DNA of 45,372 bases from Candidatus Levyibacteriota bacterium (GCA_043823085.1 JBDRBE010000001.1:179110-224481), one strand, 5' to 3'. Shown: positions 25,987 to 35,753, numbered from the stretch's first letter. Notes: generated by a model not told the origin, from the sequence alone. Program-made: numbers and translations.

Positions 25987-26283
25987 ATGTTTATGTCTGA
26001 AAACGAAGGAGGCCATTCACCAGAAGGTCCTACTGAACATGCTGGGAGACGTTCTTCTCCGTCCAAGCCCCGAGTTAGGGCGGACAAATTTGGAAGACCT
26101 ATCTGGACAATCACAAATGCAAAAGGAAAAAAGGTAAAATTAAAAGGGGGAGGTTTTCTTCGCCCACCGTGCCCAGTTATTAGTGCTTTGACCGATTTTT
26201 TAGAAGAGGAGAATACAACGCCTCAATCAGAACATTTAGAAAACCCGCCACAAAAACCTAAAGAAAAACCGTCTAAAACGTAG
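25987..26283 (+). CDS. Orphan basic, low-complexity protein (98 aa), visibly more GC-rich than its surroundings
   Basis: ATG 25987 lies exactly 6 nt after an extended -10 box TGTTATATT (25972-25980). The TTG at 25927 in the ORF track is rejected. No recognisable domain. Confidence 0.4.
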   Translation: MFMSENEGGHSPEGPTEHAGRRSSPSKPRVRADKFGRPIWTITNAKGKKVKLKGGGFLRPPCPVISALTDFLEEENTTPQSEHLENPPQKPKEKPSKT

Positions 26284-26346
26284 TTTCCAGTTGATAAAAA
26301 AACACCACTCGTTACCTCTAAAAAATGATTGAGAAAGGAAGTTGAA

Positions 26347-27441
26347 TTATGGTGAAGGGTTTACAGAAACAGGGCAGTTTCCTGTTTTTATCTCGCACTC
26401 GACAAACTTTTTAATTTCGGAAAAATTGCCATTGCCAATTCTTGGAATAAGAACCCACTGATATTTAAAATCACTTGTTGTTAAAGGATTTACCAAAAGT
26501 CCGGGGCGATTATTAGCACTATCACCGTAATCTATGACCGTACTTTTAATATTTGCGTTTTTCACTTTACTAAAAAGCCTGGTAAAATCATCATACTCTT
26601 CTTGTTTAATATCTGTATCAATATGGCTCTTTAGAATATTATAAAGGGATATTATTTTAAACGGATTTAATATTGTTTGTGTGGAAAAAAGCTTGTCTTT
26701 AAAAGCCTTAATTACTTTTTCCTGTCTTTTGCTTCTGGCAAAATCGCTTCCCTCTATCCCTTTTGCGTGTCGGGAGCGGACATACTGTAAAGCAGTATTT
26801 CCATTCATAAGCATTACTCCTTTGTCAAAATGAATATTTGTGTATCGACAGGGGAAAGCTTCGAGTTGCGATGAAGCGGTAGCTAACAATTGGACTTCCT
26901 CCTCACTATGGCCGCAAATATCGTTTTCCTTTCCTTCAATAGGATACTCGTAATCATCAAAAGTATTATCAACCGCAATTTCCAACCCGCCGATTAAATC
27001 AACTGCTTTAACAAATCCGTCAAAATCAACTCTTATCGCATAATCTATTTGCTGATTTAAAACGCTTGCTACAACGGCCTTTGAAAGAATTAATCCTCCG
27101 CCTTTTCTTTTAACTTCTCCCTGATTATAAGCGTCGTTGATTTTGGCGTTTAAATCTGGAACCCAAAGATCTCTTGGAACAGAAATTAGTGTTATTTTAT
27201 TATCTTTTAAATTAATACTTGAAAAAATAATCGTATCTGTTAAACGAGGGCCTTCATGCGTTCCCCCTCCTATCCCCAACGCAAGAATATTAATATTGTT
27301 ATCTTCTTTCTTAAGCGAAATATCGCGGCTAAAGAAAAGTTGCCACAAAACAGGAGCAAATTTCGATATTTCCCGCATTCCTTGACTCAAAAAGAAAAGA
27401 GCAATAACGCCCAAAATAATGAAAATAATTTTTTTACGCAT
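26347..27441 (-). CDS. LytR-CpsA-Psr (LCP) family cell-envelope polymer transferase
   Basis: N-terminal TM helix. LCP core NILALGIGGG...RLTDTIIFSSINLKDNKITLISVPRDLWV and ALQYVRSRH. Confidence 0.8.
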   Translation of the reverse strand: MRKKIIFIILGVIALFFLSQGMREISKFAPVLWQLFFSRDISLKKEDNNINILALGIGGGTHEGPRLTDTIIFSSINLKDNKITLISVPRDLWVPDLNAKINDAYNQGEVKRKGGGLILSKAVVASVLNQQIDYAIRVDFDGFVKAVDLIGGLEIAVDNTFDDYEYPIEGKENDICGHSEEEVQLLATASSQLEAFPCRYTNIHFDKGVMLMNGNTALQYVRSRHAKGIEGSDFARSKRQEKVIKAFKDKLFSTQTILNPFKIISLYNILKSHIDTDIKQEEYDDFTRLFSKVKNANIKSTVIDYGDSANNRPGLLVNPLTTSDFKYQWVLIPRIGNGNFSEIKKFVECEIKTGNCPVSVNPSP

Positions 27442-28084
27442 TTTTTATAATGGCGACAAATTTTTGCGGATCGAGGCTTGCTCCGCCAACCAAGACTCCA
27501 TCAATGTCCGGCATTTGCAAGAATGATCCAACATTTTCCGGAGTAACACTTCCTCCATAAAGAGCTTTTACAACTCCATATTCTTCCTTTACTGTTTTTA
27601 TCACCTTGTTTGCATTTTCCGGAGTATCCGGGTTACCCGAACCAATGGCCGAAGGTGGTTCGTATGCAACGATATTTACGCTTTCCGGGACAAAAGTATC
27701 TTCATCTTGAATACAATAAATTGGAACAAGATCATATTTTTTTGCCATTACAACTTTTTTCCTAAGCTCATCGTCTGTTTCATTAAATTCTCTTCTTCTT
27801 TCCGAATGACCAATAATAACATAATCGGCAAATTTTTTAATTTGTGCACCGTTTATCTCTCCCGTATGGGCTCCCTCTTCAAAAGGTGAAATATTCTGCG
27901 CACCGAGTTTAATTTTTGAACCAATAACCAATGAGGAAAATTGAGGCAAAAGAGTAAAATCCGGACAAACAATAATTGTTACATTAGGCTTACCGCTTTC
28001 TGACAAGACTTGTTTAATCCATTCATCAATACTGCCTGTAGGACTATTCGACTTAAAATTTCCAACGACGAATGTTTCTTTCAT
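27434..28084 (-). CDS. tpiA: Triose-phosphate isomerase (short form, 216 aa)
   Basis: GNFKSN, GAQN, GAHTGE, IIGHSERR, YEPPSAIGSG, LYGGSV and VLVGGASL motifs. Confidence 0.9.
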   Translation of the reverse strand: MKETFVVGNFKSNSPTGSIDEWIKQVLSESGKPNVTIIVCPDFTLLPQFSSLVIGSKIKLGAQNISPFEEGAHTGEINGAQIKKFADYVIIGHSERRREFNETDDELRKKVVMAKKYDLVPIYCIQDEDTFVPESVNIVAYEPPSAIGSGNPDTPENANKVIKTVKEEYGVVKALYGGSVTPENVGSFLQMPDIDGVLVGGASLDPQKFVAIIKNA

Positions 28085-28123
28085 TGTGCTAAAATTACAA
28101 TACTTATTTGATAATTATACTTT

Positions 28124-29980
28124 ATGCAAGGTGATTTTCTCAAGGACTTAAACCCCGAACAACAAAAAGCTGTGATGCAATCCGATGAACCGATGATAGT
28201 GTTGGCAGGCGCAGGGAGCGGAAAAACAAGAGTTTTGACCTACAAAGTTTTGTATTTAATTTTACAAAAAAATATTGACCCACAAAATATTTTAATGGTT
28301 ACTTTTACCAATAAAACAGCCAATGAAATGAAAGAGCGCGTTCAAAAATCTCTATCGTGTAAGCCATCCGCTATAAACCATACGCCAACTATCGCTACTT
28401 TTCACTCTCTTTGCGCCAAAATACTAAGAATTGAAGGAAAATATCTTGGACTTTCAAATCAATTTGTTATTTATGATACTCAAGACCAGCTTGACGCTAT
28501 CAAAGAAGCTTTTAAACATCTTAATCTCTCTGTTAAAGACTACAAACCATCCTCAATTCTCTATACAATTTCTCAAGCAAAAAACGAGCTGATTAATGAA
28601 AAAGAATACTTAAATTTTGCAAGAGGAACTTTTCAGGCGGTTGTCGCCAAAGTTTATCCTGTTTATCAAAAAATTCTAAAAGAAAACGAGGCGCTTGATT
28701 TTGACGATTTGATTTTAAAAACAGTCCAGCTCTTTTTTGAAAATAAAAATATTTTGGAAAAATACCAAGAGAAATTTCGCTATATTCTAATTGATGAATA
28801 CCAAGATACTAATAATGCTCAATACACTCTGACAAAAATGCTGGCAAAAAAATATGAAAATATTTGCGTGGTTGGCGATTTTTCCCAAAGCATTTACAGT
28901 TGGAGAGGCGCAAATTACCAAAATCTCACAAAATTTAAGGAGGATTTTAAAAACGTCAAGACTTTTTCTCTATCGCAAAATTACCGCTCCACACAAAAAA
29001 TATTAGATGCGGCAACTTCAATCATTTCTAAAAACACAACTCATCCAATTCTAACGCTATGGACCAAAAACGAAAAGGGAGAAGATATTGTAATTTTTGA
29101 AGCAAAGAATGAACACAATGAATCAGAATACATTATTAGCAAAATGGTAGAAATTATAAGCAGCGCTTCAAATGTCAAATTCTCTGATTTTGCGGTTTTA
29201 TATAGAACCAATGCTCAATCAAGAATTATTGAAGAAGTTTTTTTACAACACGGAGTTCCTTATAATTTAATTGGCGGAACCAGATTTTACGAAAGAAAAG
29301 AAATTAAAGACATTATTTCTTATCTTCGCGCACTTGTTAATCCAAAAGATACTGTTTCTTATAAAAGGATTGAAAAACTTGGAAAAACACGTTTCAAAAA
29401 ATTCTCGGAGTTTAAAGAATCTATTGATGTTTCCAAAAAAAGAACAATAGATATTTTAGACGCTGTTATTAAAGAAACTGACTATCTTTCTCTTTATGAC
29501 GAGAAAGACGAGGAAGATAGAGAAAGACTAGAAAATATTAAAGAGGTCCGTTCGGTGGCAATTGAATTTCCAGAACTTTTGCAGTTTTTAGAAAATGTTG
29601 CATTAGTTGAACAAGAATCAATGCCGGACAAACCTGGAAAAAATAGGGTTAAAAAGGATACTGTAACTCTTATGACTTTACATGCGGCAAAAGGTTTAGA
29701 GTTTCCAATAGTTTTTATTATCGGACTAGAAGAAGGTCTTTTCCCACATTCAAGGTCTATAATGGATAAGAATGAACTTGAAGAAGAAAGAAGACTTTGC
29801 TATGTTGGAATGACAAGGGCTAAAAAGAAATTATTTTTAACTTATGCCAAAAGAAGACTATTTTTTGGGCAAAGAACATCAAACATGGTTTCCCGATTTA
29901 TTATGGAATTGCCGGAAAGTTTGCTTTCACAAAATCTCAATATTTTAACTAATATTGACGACGCACCGGAATTTTTATGA
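28124..29980 (+). CDS. pcrA: UvrD/PcrA-type superfamily 1 DNA helicase (compact, 618 aa)
   Basis: LNPEQQKAV, AGAGSGKT (Walker A), TFH, DEYQDTN, VGDFSQSIYSWRGA, QNYRS, TLHAAKGLEF and VGMTRAK motifs. Confidence 0.9.
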   Translation: MQGDFLKDLNPEQQKAVMQSDEPMIVLAGAGSGKTRVLTYKVLYLILQKNIDPQNILMVTFTNKTANEMKERVQKSLSCKPSAINHTPTIATFHSLCAKILRIEGKYLGLSNQFVIYDTQDQLDAIKEAFKHLNLSVKDYKPSSILYTISQAKNELINEKEYLNFARGTFQAVVAKVYPVYQKILKENEALDFDDLILKTVQLFFENKNILEKYQEKFRYILIDEYQDTNNAQYTLTKMLAKKYENICVVGDFSQSIYSWRGANYQNLTKFKEDFKNVKTFSLSQNYRSTQKILDAATSIISKNTTHPILTLWTKNEKGEDIVIFEAKNEHNESEYIISKMVEIISSASNVKFSDFAVLYRTNAQSRIIEEVFLQHGVPYNLIGGTRFYERKEIKDIISYLRALVNPKDTVSYKRIEKLGKTRFKKFSEFKESIDVSKKRTIDILDAVIKETDYLSLYDEKDEEDRERLENIKEVRSVAIEFPELLQFLENVALVEQESMPDKPGKNRVKKDTVTLMTLHAAKGLEFPIVFIIGLEEGLFPHSRSIMDKNELEEERRLCYVGMTRAKKKLFLTYAKRRLFFGQRTSNMVSRFIMELPESLLSQNLNILTNIDDAPEFL

Positions 29981-30978
29981 AAATAAAAGACGTTGAACAA
30001 CAAGAAAAAATAAAATTTAATGAAATTGTTAATCATCCTCTCCAGAGTTTTGAATGGGGAGAATTTAGAAAAAAAACCGGCGTCAAGGTTATAAGACAAA
30101 AATCTTTCCAATTGACCATCCATAAAATCCCCTGCCTGCCTTGGACAATCGGCTATTTACCCAAAGGAGAATTACCAAACAAAAAACTTATTGATGAACT
30201 TTTAGAAATCGGTAAAAAAGAAAACTGCATTTTTATTCAACTGGAACCAAACGCCATAAAAATTGAAGATTTAAAATTTAAAATTGAAAATTTAGGACTA
30301 GTGCCTTCTGCCCGTCCTTTATTTACCCGCTACACTTTTCAATTAGACCTAACTAAATCCCCGGAGGAATTATTAAAAAATATGCATCCAAAAACCAGAT
30401 ACAACATTAAGGTTGCGCAGAAACACAACGTTGAAATTGCCGAAGATAATTCCAATGGAGCGTTTGAAACATATCTTAAGTTAACAAAAGAAACAACCCA
30501 GCGGCAAAAATTTTATGCGCACAGTGAAAACTATCATCGTCTAATGTGGGAAACCCTTCGCCCTGCCAAGCAGGGCTCAGGGCAAGCTCTCACTGCCCAT
30601 TTGATGCTTGCAAAATATAAAAGCAGAATTTTGGCTGCTTGGATTTTGTTTGTTTTTAAAGACACTCTTTATTATCCTTACGGCGCGTCAAGTTCGGAGT
30701 ATCGAGAAACTATGGCCTCTAATCTTTTGATGTGGGAAGCAATATTATTTGGCAAAAAATTAGGTCTTAAAAAATTTGACATGTGGGGAGCTTTAGGACC
30801 AAACCCGGATAAAAATGACCCATGGTTTGGCTTTCATCGTTTTAAAGAAGGGTATGGAGGTAAATTGATTGAATTTATAGGCAATTATGATTTCGTCATT
30901 AACCCCTATCTTTATACTCTCTATAAAATCGGCGATAAAGCAAGATGGTTTTTTCTTCACCTTAAAAATGGTGCTTGA
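29977..30978 (+). CDS. FemAB-family peptidoglycan interpeptide aminoacyltransferase
   Basis: ATGA overlap with the helicase gene. FemX-like pattern (HPLQSFEWGEF..., HPKTRYNIKVA, YYPYGASS, FDMWG, GFHRFKEGYGG). Confidence 0.8.
   Translation: MKIKDVEQQEKIKFNEIVNHPLQSFEWGEFRKKTGVKVIRQKSFQLTIHKIPCLPWTIGYLPKGELPNKKLIDELLEIGKKENCIFIQLEPNAIKIEDLKFKIENLGLVPSARPLFTRYTFQLDLTKSPEELLKNMHPKTRYNIKVAQKHNVEIAEDNSNGAFETYLKLTKETTQRQKFYAHSENYHRLMWETLRPAKQGSGQALTAHLMLAKYKSRILAAWILFVFKDTLYYPYGASSSEYRETMASNLLMWEAILFGKKLGLKKFDMWGALGPNPDKNDPWFGFHRFKEGYGGKLIEFIGNYDFVINPYLYTLYKIGDKARWFFLHLKNGA
30262..30292 (+). repeat. Heptamer-periodic AT-rich element, copy C (29 of 31 identical to the core of copies A and B)
   Basis: ATTGAAGATTTAAAATTTAAAATTGAAAATT inside the FemAB-family ORF, read as IEDLKFKIEN. 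Confidence 0.75.
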
Positions 30979-30980
30979 AA

Positions 30981-32609
30981 TTATTTTGCGCTTTGGTTTA
31001 ATCCGGTTTTTGCCCTAACATTATTTGGATTTAATAAAAGGGCTTTCGAAAATGCTTCTTTTGCCGCAAGCTTATTTTCTGTTTGAAGATAAATTACTGC
31101 CAAATCAGTTAGTAAATCTGAACTCTGCGGATTTATTTTAATTGCTTTTTGCAGTTGCAAAATAGCAAGATCAAATTGTTTTTTTTGAAAATAAACAATT
31201 GCCAATCCCTTATAAGACTGCCAAAGATTAGGATTAAAATGGATTGCCTTTTGATAATTGATTATTGCTTCATCGAATTTTTCCATTTGCATTTGTATAT
31301 TGGCAAGATTATGATAGGCATCAGCATAATTTGGTTTTAATTTAATTGCAGTTTGAAATTCAAGAGTTGCGCCTTCTAAATTACCATGCCTTCCGTAAAC
31401 ATCACCAAGATTATTGTGATTGTTTGGGCTCGAAGGCGAAGTTTTTCCTGTTGCAATCCATAAGTTGTCTTCATTTTGCCAATCAATATTTCTCACAATT
31501 GTACGAATTGATAAAGCAATAATTATTAAGATAAAAACCGTATAAATAGGCAATTTTATTTTTTTTATTTCTGATAATTTTCCAAAAAAATAAGCGATAA
31601 GTACAAAAAGGCCTATAGACCCAAGATAAACATAGCGCTCAGCAACAATCCAGGAAATCTTAAAAGGAGTAAGTGCGGGAAGAAGAGAAATTATAAAAAA
31701 ACAAATCCAAAAAAAAATTTTTTTATTCTTTAAAAAACTGTAAATAATACCAATTAAAAATATAATAAAAATACATAACCTAAAAAGATATTCTTGTTGA
31801 CTGAAAATCATTTCAGAATGATAAAGGGTTAAATCTTTGGGCCAGAGTATTAATTGAAAATAAGAAGTAATTGCTATTGGAATCTGGACAAAAGAATTTT
31901 CCATTTCTAAAGAAGACGATTGAGATTGCTCGCCTGCCATTGTAAAACTGTCTTCTATTTTAGAAACGCTAAACAAAATAAAAACTGCACTTAAAATAAG
32001 GAAAATTGCTGTAATCTTCCAGTTTTCTTTTATTTTTCCAAAGCAAATTTCGAATATTAAAAAAATTGGCGATAATGCTATTGCTTTTTCAGAGGAAAGC
32101 ATTGAAAATACAAAAAAAATTAATGAACCTAGCAACCATTTTTTATTTAATGTTTTTTTAAAAATAAAGTAACTTAAAAAAGCAATCAGAAAGAAAAATG
32201 AATATTGTGCATAAACTCCTCCGGATATCCAAACAACGGATTCTATTAAAATGGGATGGACTGCAAAAAGTGACGCTGTCAAAATTCCAATTTTTGGTTT
32301 TGTCATTAAGCCAACAAGAATATAAACCAAGAAAACAGATCCCAAATGAAAAAATAAATTTGCAATTCTAAAGAAAAAAGGGTTTAGTCCAAATGTTTTA
32401 TAAGTAACAAAATATAGAAAAGACCTTAAGAGAGATAACGGATGCGAAATTAAATAATCAATTGTCCAAGAATCTGCATGAATAATAATACCACGGTCAT
32501 CAGAAACAAAATCATTATTAAAAGAATTAAAATAAGAAGCAAAAACAAGGAAAAAAAGTAAAATAAAATAAATTTTATTTTTTTTGATGAAGTTTTTTAC
32601 CAGAAACAT
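30981..32609 (-). CDS. Membrane glycosyltransferase-like protein (GT-C/PMT_2-type N-terminal half) fused to C-terminal TPR repeats
   Basis: About 10 TM segments, then four or five TPR units (YADAYHNLANIQMQMEKFDEAIINYQKAIHFNPN...). This is the TMTC/PMT-TPR architecture. Confidence 0.65.
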   Translation of the reverse strand: MFLVKNFIKKNKIYFILLFFLVFASYFNSFNNDFVSDDRGIIIHADSWTIDYLISHPLSLLRSFLYFVTYKTFGLNPFFFRIANLFFHLGSVFLVYILVGLMTKPKIGILTASLFAVHPILIESVVWISGGVYAQYSFFFLIAFLSYFIFKKTLNKKWLLGSLIFFVFSMLSSEKAIALSPIFLIFEICFGKIKENWKITAIFLILSAVFILFSVSKIEDSFTMAGEQSQSSSLEMENSFVQIPIAITSYFQLILWPKDLTLYHSEMIFSQQEYLFRLCIFIIFLIGIIYSFLKNKKIFFWICFFIISLLPALTPFKISWIVAERYVYLGSIGLFVLIAYFFGKLSEIKKIKLPIYTVFILIIIALSIRTIVRNIDWQNEDNLWIATGKTSPSSPNNHNNLGDVYGRHGNLEGATLEFQTAIKLKPNYADAYHNLANIQMQMEKFDEAIINYQKAIHFNPNLWQSYKGLAIVYFQKKQFDLAILQLQKAIKINPQSSDLLTDLAVIYLQTENKLAAKEAFSKALLLNPNNVRAKTGLNQSAK

Positions 32610-32611
32610 GT

Positions 32612-33130
32612 TTAAAATATTTTATAGAGATATAAATTATTTTCCTTATCTTCTTTTGCCAACGGGAGATTAATTTCATATCTATAGCTTACAAGTTTTG
32701 TCCCTTTTTTAAGTTCTTTTTTAAATTTCGGCAAAAGTAAATTAAGAGTTTTTGGCACAAGATATAAAAAGATTACAGAAGCTCCTGATAGATCTTGATT
32801 AAAAAAATTGTCTCTTTTAATTTTAACCTTATGAGAAACTCCGTTGATTCTAATTAAAAACTTTGAAATAAAAAAACGCAATGGGTCGATTTCTATCCCG
32901 ATTCCTTTAGCCTCAAATTCTTTTGCCGCAATAATTAAAGCAGTTCCATCGCCCGATCCTAAATCAAAAACAATATCTTTATCCGTTATCTTTGCCAACT
33001 TACACATTTTTCTGACGGTTTTTCCCGATGTTTTCCACCATGGCGCCCAAGGACTGCCCGGAGGCCAAACCATCGAAAGAATAATAAGCAAAATAATAAT
33101 TGACGTAAAAAGAACAAGATTAAAAATCAT
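32612..33130 (-). CDS. Class I SAM-dependent methyltransferase with an N-terminal TM helix
   Basis: Motif I VFDLGSGDGTALIIAA. ATGA overlap with the upstream gene. Confidence 0.65.
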   Translation of the reverse strand: MIFNLVLFTSIIILLIILSMVWPPGSPWAPWWKTSGKTVRKMCKLAKITDKDIVFDLGSGDGTALIIAAKEFEAKGIGIEIDPLRFFISKFLIRINGVSHKVKIKRDNFFNQDLSGASVIFLYLVPKTLNLLLPKFKKELKKGTKLVSYRYEINLPLAKEDKENNLYLYKIF

Positions 33131-33747
33131 AAATTTGAGGATTTTCTGCTACCCATAAATAGAAGATAAGGGATAATTCCTACAAAATTAATAAAAGCAG
33201 AAATTAAAAATAAAATTTGAAACCCATAAATTTTGGCAATAAACCCGCCCAAGGATGCGGCAAGCGCCATTCCAATTAGAGCCACCGCATCATAAATCCC
33301 CCATTCCGCCACGCCTTTACCTTTATCCAAATGATCTGTAAAAAGAGAAAATTTAGCCGGAGAAGCAAGGCCAAAACCGATTCCAATTAAAGCATAAAAA
33401 AGATAAAAATTAAAAATTGTTTTAGTTATTAAAAATCCTAAATAGGAACAGCTGATAATCAGCATTCCCAAAATTATAAATATATATTTTTTAAAATCCT
33501 TTGCATCTAATAACAGTCTTCCGCTTATCAGCTCAAAAATAATTCTTATTACAAGATATAAAGAATAAGCCGTTGCTACAATTTCAATATTTCCGCCCTT
33601 AATATCCCTAATAACAAAAATAGCAAAAATCGGCGCAATAAAATTCCAGGCCGACCAAAAAAAACTTTCGGAAATAATAAAAGCCTTGACTGAATTATTA
33701 ATTTTAAAATGCGAGAGATGTTTTCCGATAAATACTTCTTTAAGCAT
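33127..33747 (-). CDS. Six-TM MFS-like half-size transporter
   Basis: 206 aa with six hydrophobic segments. Roughly half the length of a canonical 12-TM MFS protein. Confidence 0.45.
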   Translation of the reverse strand: MLKEVFIGKHLSHFKINNSVKAFIISESFFWSAWNFIAPIFAIFVIRDIKGGNIEIVATAYSLYLVIRIIFELISGRLLLDAKDFKKYIFIILGMLIISCSYLGFLITKTIFNFYLFYALIGIGFGLASPAKFSLFTDHLDKGKGVAEWGIYDAVALIGMALAASLGGFIAKIYGFQILFLISAFINFVGIIPYLLFMGSRKSSNL

Positions 33748-33799
33748 AAATTTATCTAGTAGATTTATTCTAACATAAATTATTCATGGAGTGACTTTT

Positions 33800-34270
33800 C
33801 TAGTTTAGGATAACGACGTAAAAGTTTAGAACAGAAGCAAAACCTACCCAAAGAAGATAAGGAATTAAAAGATAAGCGGCTGGTTTTGAAATTTCAAAAA
33901 ATTTAATTATTGTTAATAAAATCACTATCCAAAGCACGGTAATCTCAAGAAATGCAAACAAAGGCGAATGTAAACCAAAGAAAACAACTGACCAAAGGAA
34001 ATTCAAAAAAAGCTGTCCGAGGAAAAATCCTACAGCAATTTTAACTTTTTTACTTCTTAATCCATCTCTCCAAACTAAAAACAACGAAACTCCCATTAGA
34101 AGATAAAGAGTTGTCCAAGCCGGACTAAAAACCCAAGCCGGTGGGTTAAATGAGGCCTTATTTAAGGTTATGTACCAATTATTTACTGACGGCGTTGTTA
34201 ATATCGCTCCCGCTAACCCTATTAATTGACAAAATACAACAAAGACAATTAGTCTCAAAAAACTTTTCAT
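33800..34270 (-). CDS. tspO: TspO/MBR family tryptophan-rich sensory protein
   Basis: 156 aa, five TM helices. WYITLNKASFNPPAWVFSPAWTTLYLLMG and W-rich loops. Confidence 0.85.
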   Translation of the reverse strand: MKSFLRLIVFVVFCQLIGLAGAILTTPSVNNWYITLNKASFNPPAWVFSPAWTTLYLLMGVSLFLVWRDGLRSKKVKIAVGFFLGQLFLNFLWSVVFFGLHSPLFAFLEITVLWIVILLTIIKFFEISKPAAYLLIPYLLWVGFASVLNFYVVILN

Positions 34271-34296
34271 TTATTATTGAGAAAGATAAATGATTT

Positions 34297-34483
34297 TTAT
34301 TTTTTGGCATACATCATGTAGGCCATGTAAAGGGCTGAAAGTCCAACCAAATCGTAGACATAGTTAGAAACTCCGCCAAATAAGGTTGTTACTAAATTAA
34401 AATCTAGCAAACCAACCAGCCCCCAGTTGTGCACCTACGAGAACGAGTACGCCTGCAACAGTTCCGAGTGTTCCACCTTTCAT
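34297..34483 (-). pseudogene. Small hydrophobic protein gene apparently frameshifted at a G5 run (28-aa ORF as it stands)
   Basis: Strong Shine-Dalgarno AAGGGAGGTGAG, 5 nt, then ATG 34483. MKGGTLGTVAGVLVLVGAQLGAGWFARF stops at 34397. The +1 frame is open across CTGGGGGCT and continues ...LVGLLDFNLVTTLFGGVSNYVYDLVGLSALYMAYMMYAKK to a stop at 34297. Confidence 0.35.
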
Positions 34484-34610
34484 TTATTCTCACCTCCCTT
34501 CGCATGAATATAATCTATAGTTTTTGAAGAAAATTTGCGGAAAAAAAAGAGCCTCATAAAATGCCCTGCCTAAAAATAGCGTAGCAAAAAGAAAAAACAA
34601 TTGCAACTAA

Positions 34611-35171
34611 TTAAGGCTTAATAATTAAGGAGGCCGAAACTACCAAGAAAATTCCAATAGCATTTAAGATAAAAGACACCAATAAAAATTTATAGGTTTT
34701 CATTTTAGAAATTCCCATAAGTGTTATCCCAAGTTCATCTGGAAACGGCGAAGCAATAATAATTGCGCCAATAACCGGCAGTGTCCAATTAAAATACTTT
34801 GAATGAAGTATTTTTATAAAATGATGCTTGTTGTCAATCTGACTATAAATAACCTCTAATTCTTTATCTAAATTATTTTTAATAAATCTAAAAATTGCAA
34901 AATCTCCAAAAACCGCACCTAATCCTGCAACCAAACCAATCTCTATCGGAGATAGAGTTTCTGCAAGAATTAGTAAAATAAGTGCGCCTGTGGCAACAGT
35001 AAATGTTGAAACAAATAATATGCCTGCAAAAAAAGCTCCCAGATAACCTAAGGTTCCAAGATTAATTAAAACCGTATGGAACATTTCTATTTTAGAAAGA
35101 AAAAAAGCAATGAATACCCCTAAAAAAACCAGTGTAAGGTTTTTGTATTTCCAATGCTCCCAATAACTCAT
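34611..35171 (-). CDS. Integral membrane protein (about 5 TM), family not recognised
   Basis: 186 aa and hydrophobic. ATG 35171 lies 6 nt after TGATATACT (35186-35178 on the minus strand). Confidence 0.5.
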   Translation of the reverse strand: MSYWEHWKYKNLTLVFLGVFIAFFLSKIEMFHTVLINLGTLGYLGAFFAGILFVSTFTVATGALILLILAETLSPIEIGLVAGLGAVFGDFAIFRFIKNNLDKELEVIYSQIDNKHHFIKILHSKYFNWTLPVIGAIIIASPFPDELGITLMGISKMKTYKFLLVSFILNAIGIFLVVSASLIIKP

Positions 35172-35221
35172 AAATTTAGTATATCAAAAAAGGATTATAT
35201 ATTATTCTAAACCCTTCTTAG

Positions 35222-35746
35222 CTAAGCATATAAATTTTTGTGGAGAAAGCGCGCAAGAGCAAAAGCCACACCGTGTTTTACTCCCTCGCGCCTTGTTACA
35301 ACTCCTTTGGTTAAAAGACCAAACATTCCAATTCCCTCTCCAATTTTTTTTGTCCCAAATATTAAATCTATTGCCTCTTCCAGAGTTTTCCCTTTTTGAA
35401 TATGCGATAAAACTTTGTCTGGCAACACCAGTCCGCCAGATGCTCCAACTCCTATCTCTCCTTTTCTGTTAATGATAATCACCATTGACCGTTCAAACCA
35501 TCCATAACTGTATTTATGCAGTCCTCCCTCAATTCCTACTCCAAATTCAGCACATTCGACTTTCTTTAAAGCTTTTTTTGCGCGCGTCAGCGCGCCATTG
35601 AAAATTTCTTCATCGGTTTTTGGCTGGTCGGAAACTCCGGAGGAAACCTTGATTCCTTTTACAATTACATTTTTAAAGTGATGAGAAAAAACATCTTTAA
35701 CCGGATCAATCTTGGTCTGGTTTTTGGACCCAACGGCAATAATCAT
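35222..35746 (-). CDS. yjjX: Inosine/xanthosine triphosphatase (YjjX / DUF84 NTPase family)
   Basis: MIIAVGSKNQTKIDPV..., GVSDQPKTDEEIFNGALTRAKKAL, GVGIEGGL. ATG 35746 preferred over TTG 35773. Confidence 0.75.
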   Translation of the reverse strand: MIIAVGSKNQTKIDPVKDVFSHHFKNVIVKGIKVSSGVSDQPKTDEEIFNGALTRAKKALKKVECAEFGVGIEGGLHKYSYGWFERSMVIIINRKGEIGVGASGGLVLPDKVLSHIQKGKTLEEAIDLIFGTKKIGEGIGMFGLLTKGVVTRREGVKHGVAFALARFLHKNLYA

Positions 35747-35753
35747 AGCGGAG

